From: Verrucomicrobiota bacterium
GTDB taxonomy: Bacteria; Verrucomicrobiota; Verrucomicrobiia; Opitutales; Coraliomargaritaceae
Length of the DNA: 64,000 bases
NCBI GenBank assembly: GCA_039815375.1
Contig: JBCBZJ010000001.1
Location: 320,001-384,000 of the forward strand
Reading direction: 5' to 3'
Position numbers and translations under genes: made by a program. How positions within the stretch are numbered: position 1 is the first letter of the stretch; the number at the start of each line of letters is the position of its first letter. Below the pieces are notes generated by a model. That model did no database searches and was not told the DNA's origin. It saw only the letters and a list, made by a program, of their open reading frames with translations. Positions 30,413 through 41,229 of the stretch are shown one piece after another.

Positions 30413-33358
30413 ATGAAAACGCTCATCCGCCTTTTTCTTTTTTTTATTGTCTTTGTCCTTCTGCTGCTTGGTGCGACTATTTTCTTCCTGACTCGTCCGA
30501 GTGTGCAGAAGAGTATCATTGAAGGAAGATTGCCGGAAGGAAGCTCACTCGGTGCGGTGCGTGTTACAACAAGTTCTCTCAAGCTTTCCGAATTGAAGCT
30601 GGCGCTTGCAGATGGCACAAAAGTTCGCCTCGGCAGTATTAAGGCCGAGTTTGATCCTTTCGCAGCTGTATTCGATCGCACAGTCAGTGTAAGTTCGCTT
30701 GGTGTTGATGGACTGGTTGTCGAGCTCTCCAAGCCCTTGTTTGAGGCGCAGAGCACTTCAGCACCAGTGTCAGTTGCGCTCAGTGAACGCCAAGACGTCC
30801 AAGCTCAAACTGATGCCAGCGCGACAGCTGGCTCGTTCCCTCGGGGTGGCGAAAGTGCTTCGCCCTTTGAAATGCTTTATACACTTGGGCAGTTAGATTG
30901 GCTTTTGGACATAGGCTCAATTGAGTTTGACGGTGAATTGCGCGATCCCTCCGGCAGTTCTTATGGTCTATCGTTAAGTGCTGATACGATGCGCCCGGGA
31001 GAGGAGACGACAATCAACGCCAGTTTGAAGCTCAGCTCTGACGAGGCATTGCATGGTGGCCTAAAAGAGTTTGATGCGGAGACTATTCTTTTTTTAAAGC
31101 AAAACCCGGATGGCGGCTTCGAAGAGGTTCGTCTCGAGAGTCGAGCAAGTGCTAGTGATAAAGGTGGCAACTCTCTTCTATCAGCAAATCAAAAGCTGGA
31201 GCTTCAAGTCGATGCCTTTGAAGAACGAGCAAAGTTCGAACTTCAGCTCGATGCTGGCTTACCTCGCCCTGAAGCTCTTATTCCCGAATTGGCTGGAGTT
31301 GGTGCGTTAGAAGTCGAGGCTGCGCTTTCAGCCAGTGTGGAAGGCCAAGCCTTGAGTCTCAAACAAGTTCAACTGGTCGGGTCCTCTCTGGGAATTCCGG
31401 TGCTTTCGATAGACTCAAAAAGAGAGTTTATGCTTGGTGGTGTAGAGGATTTCACTGGCGAGCTTATGGAAGTGCGACTATCGAATCTTCCGCTTGATTG
31501 GCTTGGGCCGTGGCTGCCTGAGGGCTTTGTATTGTCAGGTCAGAATTTAAGTTCAGCTTTCAATCTAACCGGACTTCCGGATGGAGGCTTTGCGTTGCAG
31601 TCACTTGCTCCTTTAGTGCTCGGGCCGTTTTCAGTTTCGCAGTATGGCCAGCCCCTGCTGGAGCAAATTAGCTTATCCGCGCAGCCCATTGTCCGATTGG
31701 GATCAGATCAATCGATTAGCTGGGATTTGGGAGACTTAGAAATACGAGATCGATACGGAATTATTATCAGCGGCCAGAGCAAAGGCAGTCTTGATCCCTC
31801 GATCATCGACAACGGCTTTTTGCTCAAGGGAATTAATGCAGAGGCTGTTCTGAATCTGGGCCTTAGCGAGATCATGCAACAGCCCGTTCTTGCCGATCTG
31901 ACATCGATCATGAGCGGACGGGCTTCACTGGAGTTTACAGTTGATTCGAGCGCAGAGTATCCGGCTCAAATTGAAGGCTCTATCGATGGGCTATCCTCCC
32001 GCTCGTTGCCTGGTCTAAGGCAGGACTATCAATTCGCTTTTCTATTGAACGAAACAAGCTCGGGTGCGCTCACGCTTGGTGGGACTTTTCTAGCCGGCTC
32101 GTCGACGCGACCTTCCACAAGTCTTCAGTTTAGTGGACGAGTTCAGCCAAGTACGTCTCCAACTGCCTTCAAATTTGATTTATCAGGGCCGCGTATTTCT
32201 CAGAAAGATCTTTATCATGTTATTGCGGCTTTCTCGCCGCCCAAAGAAACGCCCTCGATTTCACCGGCGATGGTGGGTTCACTGCCTAAAGAACCTACAG
32301 AGGCATCGGCTAGCCCGGACGTTGCTTCTATGCCACCTCCTTGGGCGGATTTTAATGGCGAGATCGGAGTTAAGCTTGAAGAGCTTGTTCTCGAGAACGG
32401 GCAGATCATTTCCGGAATCAATGTGCAAGCCAAAGTCTCGAAGCCTCTGCTAGAGCTTAGTCAGTTGTCTGCTTCGCTTGATACAGGTCAAATAGATGGT
32501 TCGGCTTCGGTCCGTTACTCTGATCTGCAACGCATGTCCTACGCACTTCAAACCGACTTGAGTTTCAGCAATGTCGATCCTGCCGTATTTTCCAGCAAGC
32601 CTTCCGCTAGCTTCCCGGTTCAAGGCCTTTTCGATGGTTCAGGAGCCTTCGCTGGTAGGGGAGCCACATTACAGGAGGCCTTGGAGGAATTTGAGGGAGA
32701 GTTGACCATAACCGGGCGTGAGGGCGTCTTGACCGCATTTGAACTGGATGGCCGAAGTCAACTCGGCCTACTGGGAGCAGGGCTACTGGGGCAACACCTC
32801 AATCGGCCCGGTATTACTGCACTCGCTGAGGCGGTTCCATATTTTAAGAATATGCCGTTCAGTGATTTTGACTTACGCATGAGCCGTGGTGCAGACAAAC
32901 GTATCACGGTTCCGGAGATGACGCTGGTCGGTGATAGTCTATTGATTAACGGCAGTGGTTTCATCGCTGCGACAAACCTTAGTGAAATCATGGAGCAGCC
33001 TCTTGCACTGACTCTGGATCTCGGCGCTAAAGGAATATTGATCGAGTATTTAGAAACACTCCAGTTGTTGGGATCGGATATCGATGAAGACGGCTTCCGC
33101 CGTTGGAACCAAGCCATCGAAATCAGTGGCACTTTGGATAAACCGGATACATCAGCATTGATGAAAATACTCAATGACGCGGCGCGCGGTGCGTGGTCTG
33201 GAAGCGAATCACGAGAGTCTTCACAGGCATCGCCAAACAACTCTTTGACTGAAGAGGGATCTGAAGCATCTCCAGAGAGGAAAAAGACGAAGGATGAACG
33301 CTTACTTGAAGATATCCAAACAGGTGCTGATTTATTTAGGTCTCTTCTCGGAAACTAG
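30413..33358 (+). CDS. AsmA-like envelope protein
   Basis: N-terminal TM anchor, long beta-rich body, C-terminal AsmA-like segment (ISGTLDKPD). Confidence 0.7.
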   Translation: MKTLIRLFLFFIVFVLLLLGATIFFLTRPSVQKSIIEGRLPEGSSLGAVRVTTSSLKLSELKLALADGTKVRLGSIKAEFDPFAAVFDRTVSVSSLGVDGLVVELSKPLFEAQSTSAPVSVALSERQDVQAQTDASATAGSFPRGGESASPFEMLYTLGQLDWLLDIGSIEFDGELRDPSGSSYGLSLSADTMRPGEETTINASLKLSSDEALHGGLKEFDAETILFLKQNPDGGFEEVRLESRASASDKGGNSLLSANQKLELQVDAFEERAKFELQLDAGLPRPEALIPELAGVGALEVEAALSASVEGQALSLKQVQLVGSSLGIPVLSIDSKREFMLGGVEDFTGELMEVRLSNLPLDWLGPWLPEGFVLSGQNLSSAFNLTGLPDGGFALQSLAPLVLGPFSVSQYGQPLLEQISLSAQPIVRLGSDQSISWDLGDLEIRDRYGIIISGQSKGSLDPSIIDNGFLLKGINAEAVLNLGLSEIMQQPVLADLTSIMSGRASLEFTVDSSAEYPAQIEGSIDGLSSRSLPGLRQDYQFAFLLNETSSGALTLGGTFLAGSSTRPSTSLQFSGRVQPSTSPTAFKFDLSGPRISQKDLYHVIAAFSPPKETPSISPAMVGSLPKEPTEASASPDVASMPPPWADFNGEIGVKLEELVLENGQIISGINVQAKVSKPLLELSQLSASLDTGQIDGSASVRYSDLQRMSYALQTDLSFSNVDPAVFSSKPSASFPVQGLFDGSGAFAGRGATLQEALEEFEGELTITGREGVLTAFELDGRSQLGLLGAGLLGQHLNRPGITALAEAVPYFKNMPFSDFDLRMSRGADKRITVPEMTLVGDSLLINGSGFIAATNLSEIMEQPLALTLDLGAKGILIEYLETLQLLGSDIDEDGFRRWNQAIEISGTLDKPDTSALMKILNDAARGAWSGSESRESSQASPNNSLTEEGSEASPERKKTKDERLLEDIQTGADLFRSLLGN

Positions 33359-33607
33359 TCCTCTTACCTCTTTTATCTTCTGCAGCCAACTGGTTTCACA
33401 GACACTACAACAAGTTCAACGACACCTAGAGAAGTAATCTCTATCTTTTATCAAACATTGATTTGAGCAGAACGAGCCCGTGCAAATTACCCCAATGAAT
33501 CAACCCAGAACTCGTCTGCTCTGATAGTAACGTTAGCTATTAGCTTACGATATAACCAGCTTACTGATTGGTCTTTTTAGACTATGAGACGTTAGTATTT
33601 ATTACCT

Positions 33608-33637
33608 AAAAAAGCGGTTGCCTTTCGGCAACCGCTT
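33608..33637 (-). terminator. intrinsic terminator after pnp
   Basis: GCGGTTGCC/GGCAACCGC perfect stem with A-tract on the + strand. Confidence 0.88.
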
Positions 33638-33663
33638 GAAAATGAAAGATATGGAAATCAGGA

Positions 33664-35844
<2,181 letters not shown>

Positions 35845-35958
35845 TCTATATGTGTGTTGCTTTTTGCATTCAACGACAGTTCAGGGATAGGACCTTCATT
35901 CGTCGCCGCATCACAATCGGTTGCGATGCTATGGAAAGTTGGGATTTATGTCTTGGTA

Positions 35959-36036
35959 GTCGAAATCCTGATCGAAACTCAAAATCGGTCTCTTAAATAG
36001 ACGATCTGGACAGTCGATTACGATTTGGATTTCGAT
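35959..36036. repeat. hexamer-based imperfect inverted repeat in the rpsO-pnp spacer
   Basis: TCGAAATCC/GGATTTCGA arms; gtcgat tacgat ttggat ttcgat periodicity. Confidence 0.6.
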
Positions 36037-36040
36037 TTTT

Positions 36041-36083
36041 AAAAAACAAAATGCCGGACTCCCGTTTGAGTAGTCCGGCATTT
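36041..36083 (-). terminator. intrinsic terminator after rpsO
   Basis: AAATGCCGGACT...AGTCCGGCATTT stem with A-tract on the + strand. Confidence 0.85.
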
Positions 36084-36098
36084 GTTCGAGTAATGTAT

Positions 36099-36371
36099 TT
36101 ATCGGCGCAGCTTGAGCTTTTCGAGAATCGCAGTGTAGCGATTGAAGTCAGTGCGCTTGAGGTAGTCGAGCAGCTTACGTCGGCGTGCGGTCATGGCGAT
36201 GAGTCCGCGGCGCGAGTGAAAGTCCTTGCGATTTTCGCGAAGGTGCTCGGTGAGGTGCTTAATGCGTGCAGTGAGCAACGCGATTTGAACTTCAGAGGAG
36301 CCGGTGTCGTTTTCATTGGCACCGAATTCCTTGATGATTTCTGCTTTATCGAATGATGTATCTTCTGACAT
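36099..36371 (-). CDS. rpsO: 30S ribosomal protein S15
   Basis: [30 protein letters not shown]. Confidence 0.97.
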   Translation of the reverse strand: MSEDTSFDKAEIIKEFGANENDTGSSEVQIALLTARIKHLTEHLRENRKDFHSRRGLIAMTARRRKLLDYLKRTDFNRYTAILEKLKLRR

Positions 36372-36510
36372 ATGTGATTTTGATTTCCCTTGCTATGGAT
36401 TCCGGGTTACCGGGATCGCCGGGACCGTCACCTGACCGCCTCGACCGTTGGAACTCTCATCGGAGTTAGCTGGGGAACGGGTCCTTCTCAGGACGCGCTC
36501 TAACGCTGAA
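36372..36510 (-). promoter_or_regulatory. structured rpsO 5' leader (candidate S15 r-leader)
   Basis: GNRA hairpin plus a multi-stem fold whose basal helix TTCCC/GGGAA covers the SD-like sequence. Confidence 0.55.
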
Positions 36511-36517
36511 GGGCTGG

Positions 36518-36545
36518 AAAATGCGATTCTAGAAGGGCTGCGCAA
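36518..36545 (-). promoter_or_regulatory. candidate rpsO promoter
   Basis: TTGCGC-16 bp-CATTTT on the minus strand, with a T-rich UP region. Confidence 0.4.
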
Positions 36546-36560
36546 GGAAAAAATATACGT

Positions 36561-38645
36561 TCAATTATTGCGTTCCACCTCCTTTGAATGCCATCGGGCA
36601 AATTGCCATTCCGGGTTTTCCGGTGTTCCTGTTTCAAGCGCGATCTTAAGAAGCTCGTCTCTAAGAACGTTTGCGCCATGGAGATGCTCTTTTTGAGCAA
36701 GCCAATAAGCCGCTGAGCAAATCCGGCTGCGCGCGAATTCCGGAGTTTCGGCCCGGCCCGCCCAATCGAGAACTTCTTTGCGACTGGCCTTTCCCTTGAG
36801 ATAATCGATGACCGGATCATTCAAGCCTTTTGCATCAGCGTGAAGGAGGTAGTTAAGATAATGTGCGCTGGAATTGGTTTCTTCCGTTGCCAGCTCGAAG
36901 TATTTTTCCAGAGAAAACGCGGCAGTTGAACTTTTGCCGGAAGCATAAGCAAGGAGGGAGTGTAAAAGAACCTGGCCCCGTTGTTGTGGGCTTGATTGAA
37001 CAGCCTGCCCAAGTTTTTGCTCTGCATATTGGAGCTGTCCGAGCTGAAGATAGGTCAAGGACAGGGCATAGAGGAGGCTCTTGTTGGAAGGATCCAGAGC
37101 GCTCGCATTCTCGTAATCGGCGAGAGCACCTTCAAGGTCTCCAATTTGGCGCAGTAGAGAACCGCGGAGCGCAAGGGAAACACTTTGATTGGTTTGGAGT
37201 GAAAGCGATTCGTTCAGAGCGCTGATCGCGAGACTGGTGTTCCCTGCCTTCTCATGTGCACGTCCAAGAACGGACCAGGCGTTGGCAAATTTCGGATCTT
37301 TTTCGGTGGAGAGGAGATTCTTTTCGAGGATCGGGATCGCTAGCTCAGCTTCCCCGGCCCGCAGGAGCATTTTTGCCAAAACCACTGCTTCGTCGGCGGT
37401 TTCCGGTTGAAAACCTTTCTTCATGGCTTCCTCCATCGCTGCCGTCGCTTGCTCCTTTCGATCCAGCCGCTGCAGGCATAGACCCCGGTAAAAAAGCAAA
37501 CTCGGTAAGAGGCCGGTCTCCTTGTTTTTTTGCAATTCGATTGCTTCCTCGAACTTCTTCCTGGCGGTGCCGACACGGTCGCGGGCCAAGGCAATCCGTC
37601 CTTCAAGATAGAGGGTGACATCAATCAGTTCAGGTTGAGCTGCGAGTGGCTCAACGAGCTCATCGAGTGAGTCCCAATCGCCTGTGCGTGCATAAATCGA
37701 GGCAAGGGTTGTGATTACTTCGAGATTTTCCGGTGAGCCAGCGAGTAGCTGCCGTAGTCCCGAGATGGCTTCTTTGGGTTTACCGATGCGCACGAGAGTT
37801 CTGGCGCGAAGTAGTTTCAAACTGGTCTTTGCTTGAAGCGCCTCGGTGCCGGAGACTTTTTCATAGAGTGTAATGGCCTGATCAATGGATAGGATGGCCG
37901 CAGCACCATTTCCGTTTTTGAGATGGTCCTTGGCTTTTTCGAGGTAGGCTTCAGACGCTAAGCGTCGACTGCTTTCGGACTGTTTATGTGTCGTCCGGCT
38001 CATCGCCTTAAATACCTCAGCAGCTTCCTCCCAGTTGCCTTCCGCCATCTCGATCAGGCCTTTGAGTTGTTGTGCAACCAGTGCGTCTTCGCCCCCCGGT
38101 GTGGCTAAAGCGATCACGCTATCGATCTTCTTGAGGGCGTCACCTCGTTTTCCGAGATGACCCAGGATCAAGGCTTCGAGTAGTTGGTATTCCAGATTCT
38201 GAGGTGCGGACCGACTGGCCTGTCTCGAAGTATCCAGCGCTCGTTCTGTCTCTTGCTGTTCCATCAAGACACGGGCCTTCAAAGCAAGTGCTGGCGCATA
38301 CGATTCATCCAAGCGCAACATTTGCTCGATGCCACGCTCGGCACCGGCGAGATCGCCGATCATGTAATTTCCTTCTGCGATGTGGTGATAGAGCTGCAGA
38401 CGATCTGCGTTGGCCCAAGCGTTCTGGATGCATAGAGCCAACATACAGAAGAAGAATACTAGAAGTTGGTTCGGTGCACTGATCAAAAGGTAGGGACTTT
38501 CGCTTCCCAAGTATTTCAGACGAGAGGTAGCAGGTATCTCTAACATATTAACCCGCTCATTTCGTTCTGCCACTCGTATCAGATGCATTGCTTGAATTGG
38601 AAGTGAAAAAAAGCTCCTCGACGACTGGAAAATGTCCCTTGTCAC
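36561..38645 (-). CDS. tetratricopeptide repeat protein, probably exported (true start likely downstream of 38645)
   Basis: Many TPR repeats (e.g. ALRGSLLRQIGDLEGALADYENASALDP); signal-like ...FFFCMLALCIQNAWA. Confidence 0.85.
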   Translation of the reverse strand: MTRDIFQSSRSFFSLPIQAMHLIRVAERNERVNMLEIPATSRLKYLGSESPYLLISAPNQLLVFFFCMLALCIQNAWANADRLQLYHHIAEGNYMIGDLAGAERGIEQMLRLDESYAPALALKARVLMEQQETERALDTSRQASRSAPQNLEYQLLEALILGHLGKRGDALKKIDSVIALATPGGEDALVAQQLKGLIEMAEGNWEEAAEVFKAMSRTTHKQSESSRRLASEAYLEKAKDHLKNGNGAAAILSIDQAITLYEKVSGTEALQAKTSLKLLRARTLVRIGKPKEAISGLRQLLAGSPENLEVITTLASIYARTGDWDSLDELVEPLAAQPELIDVTLYLEGRIALARDRVGTARKKFEEAIELQKNKETGLLPSLLFYRGLCLQRLDRKEQATAAMEEAMKKGFQPETADEAVVLAKMLLRAGEAELAIPILEKNLLSTEKDPKFANAWSVLGRAHEKAGNTSLAISALNESLSLQTNQSVSLALRGSLLRQIGDLEGALADYENASALDPSNKSLLYALSLTYLQLGQLQYAEQKLGQAVQSSPQQRGQVLLHSLLAYASGKSSTAAFSLEKYFELATEETNSSAHYLNYLLHADAKGLNDPVIDYLKGKASRKEVLDWAGRAETPEFARSRICSAAYWLAQKEHLHGANVLRDELLKIALETGTPENPEWQFARWHSKEVERNN

Positions 38646-38660
38646 GCTAGTATTGTAAAA

Positions 38661-38918
38661 GTGACTTCTTCCAAACCATCAAAGCGCTCTGCGACAGACT
38701 TATTTTTCGATACACTTGGTGCGGTTGTTCCGAGCTGTGGGCCTGCATTGAAAATGGTTGAACTAGGGCAGGAACGCCCGCTCTCTTTGAGTGAACGTTT
38801 TGTGCTGACCTACAACTCAACGCTCTGCCTGCATTGCAACTGCAACCGCAGGAAGTTTGGCGAAGAGCGGGCCAAGATGCGCGAAGCAGAACGTGAACGC
38901 AGTAAGTCGAATAGCTGA
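38661..38918 (+). CDS. small Cys-rich protein, zf-HC2 (anti-sigma zinc finger)-like
   Basis: SC...ERPLSLSERFVLTYNSTLCLHC resembles C-x-L-x-E-x-L-x-H-xxx-CxxC with His replaced by Asn. Confidence 0.5.
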   Translation: MTSSKPSKRSATDLFFDTLGAVVPSCGPALKMVELGQERPLSLSERFVLTYNSTLCLHCNCNRRKFGEERAKMREAERERSKSNS

Positions 38919-38957
38919 GTGCCGGATAAGCTGGCTCACGTGAATCGTTTTCAGCTT

Positions 38958-40649
38958 TTACTCCTCGTCAGACTCTAGCTCTGCGAAGCGCATCGCTTCT
39001 TCAAAGGTAGTCGTGCCTTCTTTTACATGCTCCCAGCCACTTTGCATTAGAGTGCGCATGTCTTGGGCAATGGCAGTTTGTCGGATCAGGCGTGCGGAGT
39101 CACGTTTGACGATATGCTCGTGAATTTCTTCGGTCACCCGAAGGATTTCAAACATGCCAACTCGGCCACGGAACCCTAGACCACGGCATTTTTCACAACC
39201 GGCTGCTTCCTTTGCGAGATGACCGAATTGTGCTTCAGATGGATCGATCCGCATGGTGGCCAGGAAGCTCGCGATTTGCTTTTCATCGTAACTCGCAGGC
39301 TTGGCGCACTCTTGACATAAGCGACGAACAAGTCGTTGCGCTATGATCATTTCTACCGATGAGGCGATGAGGAAGGGCTCGATGTCCATATCCACCAGTC
39401 GAGTGAGTGCACCAGGTGCATCGTTGGTGTGCAGAGTGCTGAGCACCAAGTGGCCGGTCAGTGAAGCACGGATCGCTATATCGGCAGTTTCGCGGTCACG
39501 AATCTCACCAACCATGATCACGTCGGGGTCTTGACGCAGGACAGCACGGAGTGATTGAGCGAAGGTAAGGCCGATTTCCGGGTGGACCTGAGTTTGGTTG
39601 ACGCCTGGGACTTCGTATTCGACTGGATCCTCGACGGTGATGATTCGACGCTCGGGGCGGTTGATCAATCGTATGAAAGCTGTGAGCGAAGTGGACTTCC
39701 CCGAGCCAGTTGGTCCGGTCACCAGAATGATGCCATGTGGCGTCGAGAGAGCATGCTCAAGCTTGCGCTCCTCGTCGGTGGCTAATCCGAGCTCACGCAT
39801 CGAAAGCGGCTTGGACTTTTGGTTGAGAAGGCGCAGCGAGACGCTCTCGCCATACATTGTCGGGAAAGTGGAAATACGAATATCCAGTTCCGAGTTACCT
39901 GAGCCGAATGCGATACGGCCATCCTGTGGGCGGCGTTTCTCTGAAATATTCAGCTTTGCCATGATCTTCAGGCGCGATATGATCGCTCCCTGAAAGCGGA
40001 TGAGATTGTCCGGCACCCGAACAGGCACCAGTTCGCCGTCGATACGGTAGCGAATCTGTAGCTCGTCGCGGTGGGGCTCAAAGTGGATATCGGTGGCGCG
40101 GTCACTGACAGCTTTGGAGACGACTTCGTTGACGAATCGAATCACCGCGGCATCTTCGTCTTCATCATCTTCAGCTTCAGCGACGTCGGTAATGAGATCG
40201 GATTCATCCAGGCTGTCCGCACCCACGCCGAAATGCTCTGTAATCGTGTCGACGACCTGTTCCGGATTGCCTAGATGCCATTCCGGGTGTCGACCGCTGA
40301 CTGCATAGATCCAGCGGTTCATTTTCTCGTCGGGTGGCCAGAGTGTGACGAGTGGAATTGGTCCGGCCGTTTGCTCGGAGTCTTCATTTTCGTCAACATG
40401 CTCACTTTGCACCGGCAGGCATTGATACTCGTGAATCAGGCGTAGCGGAAGTGTAGCAGTCGGGTTTTCGACGAGTTCAAACTTTTCGACGAGTGGAAGT
40501 CCTGTTTCTCCCGCGATTTCCTTAAGAAGTGAGCGTGTCGGCACATTGCGTAAAGTTGCGATCTGCCCGAGGCGTTCTGCACGAGGAAGTTGTTCGAGCT
40601 CACTTTGTTGCTCTTCGTCGAGGTCTTTTAGGATATCAGAAAGGGCCAT
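38958..40649 (-). CDS. type IV pilus / type II secretion assembly ATPase (PilB/GspE)
   Basis: [51 protein letters not shown], CxxC...CxxC zinc motif. Confidence 0.93.
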   Translation of the reverse strand: MALSDILKDLDEEQQSELEQLPRAERLGQIATLRNVPTRSLLKEIAGETGLPLVEKFELVENPTATLPLRLIHEYQCLPVQSEHVDENEDSEQTAGPIPLVTLWPPDEKMNRWIYAVSGRHPEWHLGNPEQVVDTITEHFGVGADSLDESDLITDVAEAEDDEDEDAAVIRFVNEVVSKAVSDRATDIHFEPHRDELQIRYRIDGELVPVRVPDNLIRFQGAIISRLKIMAKLNISEKRRPQDGRIAFGSGNSELDIRISTFPTMYGESVSLRLLNQKSKPLSMRELGLATDEERKLEHALSTPHGIILVTGPTGSGKSTSLTAFIRLINRPERRIITVEDPVEYEVPGVNQTQVHPEIGLTFAQSLRAVLRQDPDVIMVGEIRDRETADIAIRASLTGHLVLSTLHTNDAPGALTRLVDMDIEPFLIASSVEMIIAQRLVRRLCQECAKPASYDEKQIASFLATMRIDPSEAQFGHLAKEAAGCEKCRGLGFRGRVGMFEILRVTEEIHEHIVKRDSARLIRQTAIAQDMRTLMQSGWEHVKEGTTTFEEAMRFAELESDEE

Positions 40650-40694
40650 GGATTAGTATTTGAACAGCTAATTGGCAGAAAAGTGCCATCAAGG

Positions 40695-41078
40695 CTACTC
40701 CCAATAATCTTCTCCGTAATCGAAGAAGATTTCCTCGCCGGGCTCAATGTCGCGCAACGCCTCAAAGCGCGCCGTTTTCCAGCGTGTTGAGACAACCAGA
40801 AAGGCGTTCGGCTCGTCACTGTGGTTGATGAAGCGTGTGTAGTTGGAGCCTGCCCCTTCGCCGTCGATAATGCAAGTCCGGCAGACCCATAGAACATAAG
40901 CATTGAAGGGTCGGTCTTCCCGATGGAATTCCTTTTCGCTCATCAGTTTGCCTGTATAATACCCGATTGTATCCTCTTCACTGATCGCGGTTCTCGCAAA
41001 AAGCCCCTGACCCGCGCCCTTGATCGTGGACTTGCGGACCTTGAAGTCGGCTTCCTTGAGTGTGCGTGACTTAGGCAT
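40695..41078 (-). CDS. SET domain protein (putative lysine methyltransferase)
   Basis: GAGQGLFA, YTG, RFINHSDEPN, IEPGEEIFFDYG; no post-SET cysteines. Confidence 0.92.
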   Translation of the reverse strand: MPKSRTLKEADFKVRKSTIKGAGQGLFARTAISEEDTIGYYTGKLMSEKEFHREDRPFNAYVLWVCRTCIIDGEGAGSNYTRFINHSDEPNAFLVVSTRWKTARFEALRDIEPGEEIFFDYGEDYWE

Positions 41079-41229
41079 GATAAGAGTAAACTTTTGGCAG
41101 TGAGGTATATTTTTTTCCTAGGGGCAATTGCTTTCCAAGGAATATGGCCAAAAGGCTGTGCTTGTTTCAGTTTTTGTTGGCGGGGGTTGTGCTTAAATCA
41201 AATTAAAAGGCTTAGAGCTTGTCTCTCCG

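Noticed and set aside
41091..41154. Loose palindrome between the SET and S9 peptidase genes
   Set aside because: The arms have different centres and the region is AT-rich; compatible with chance
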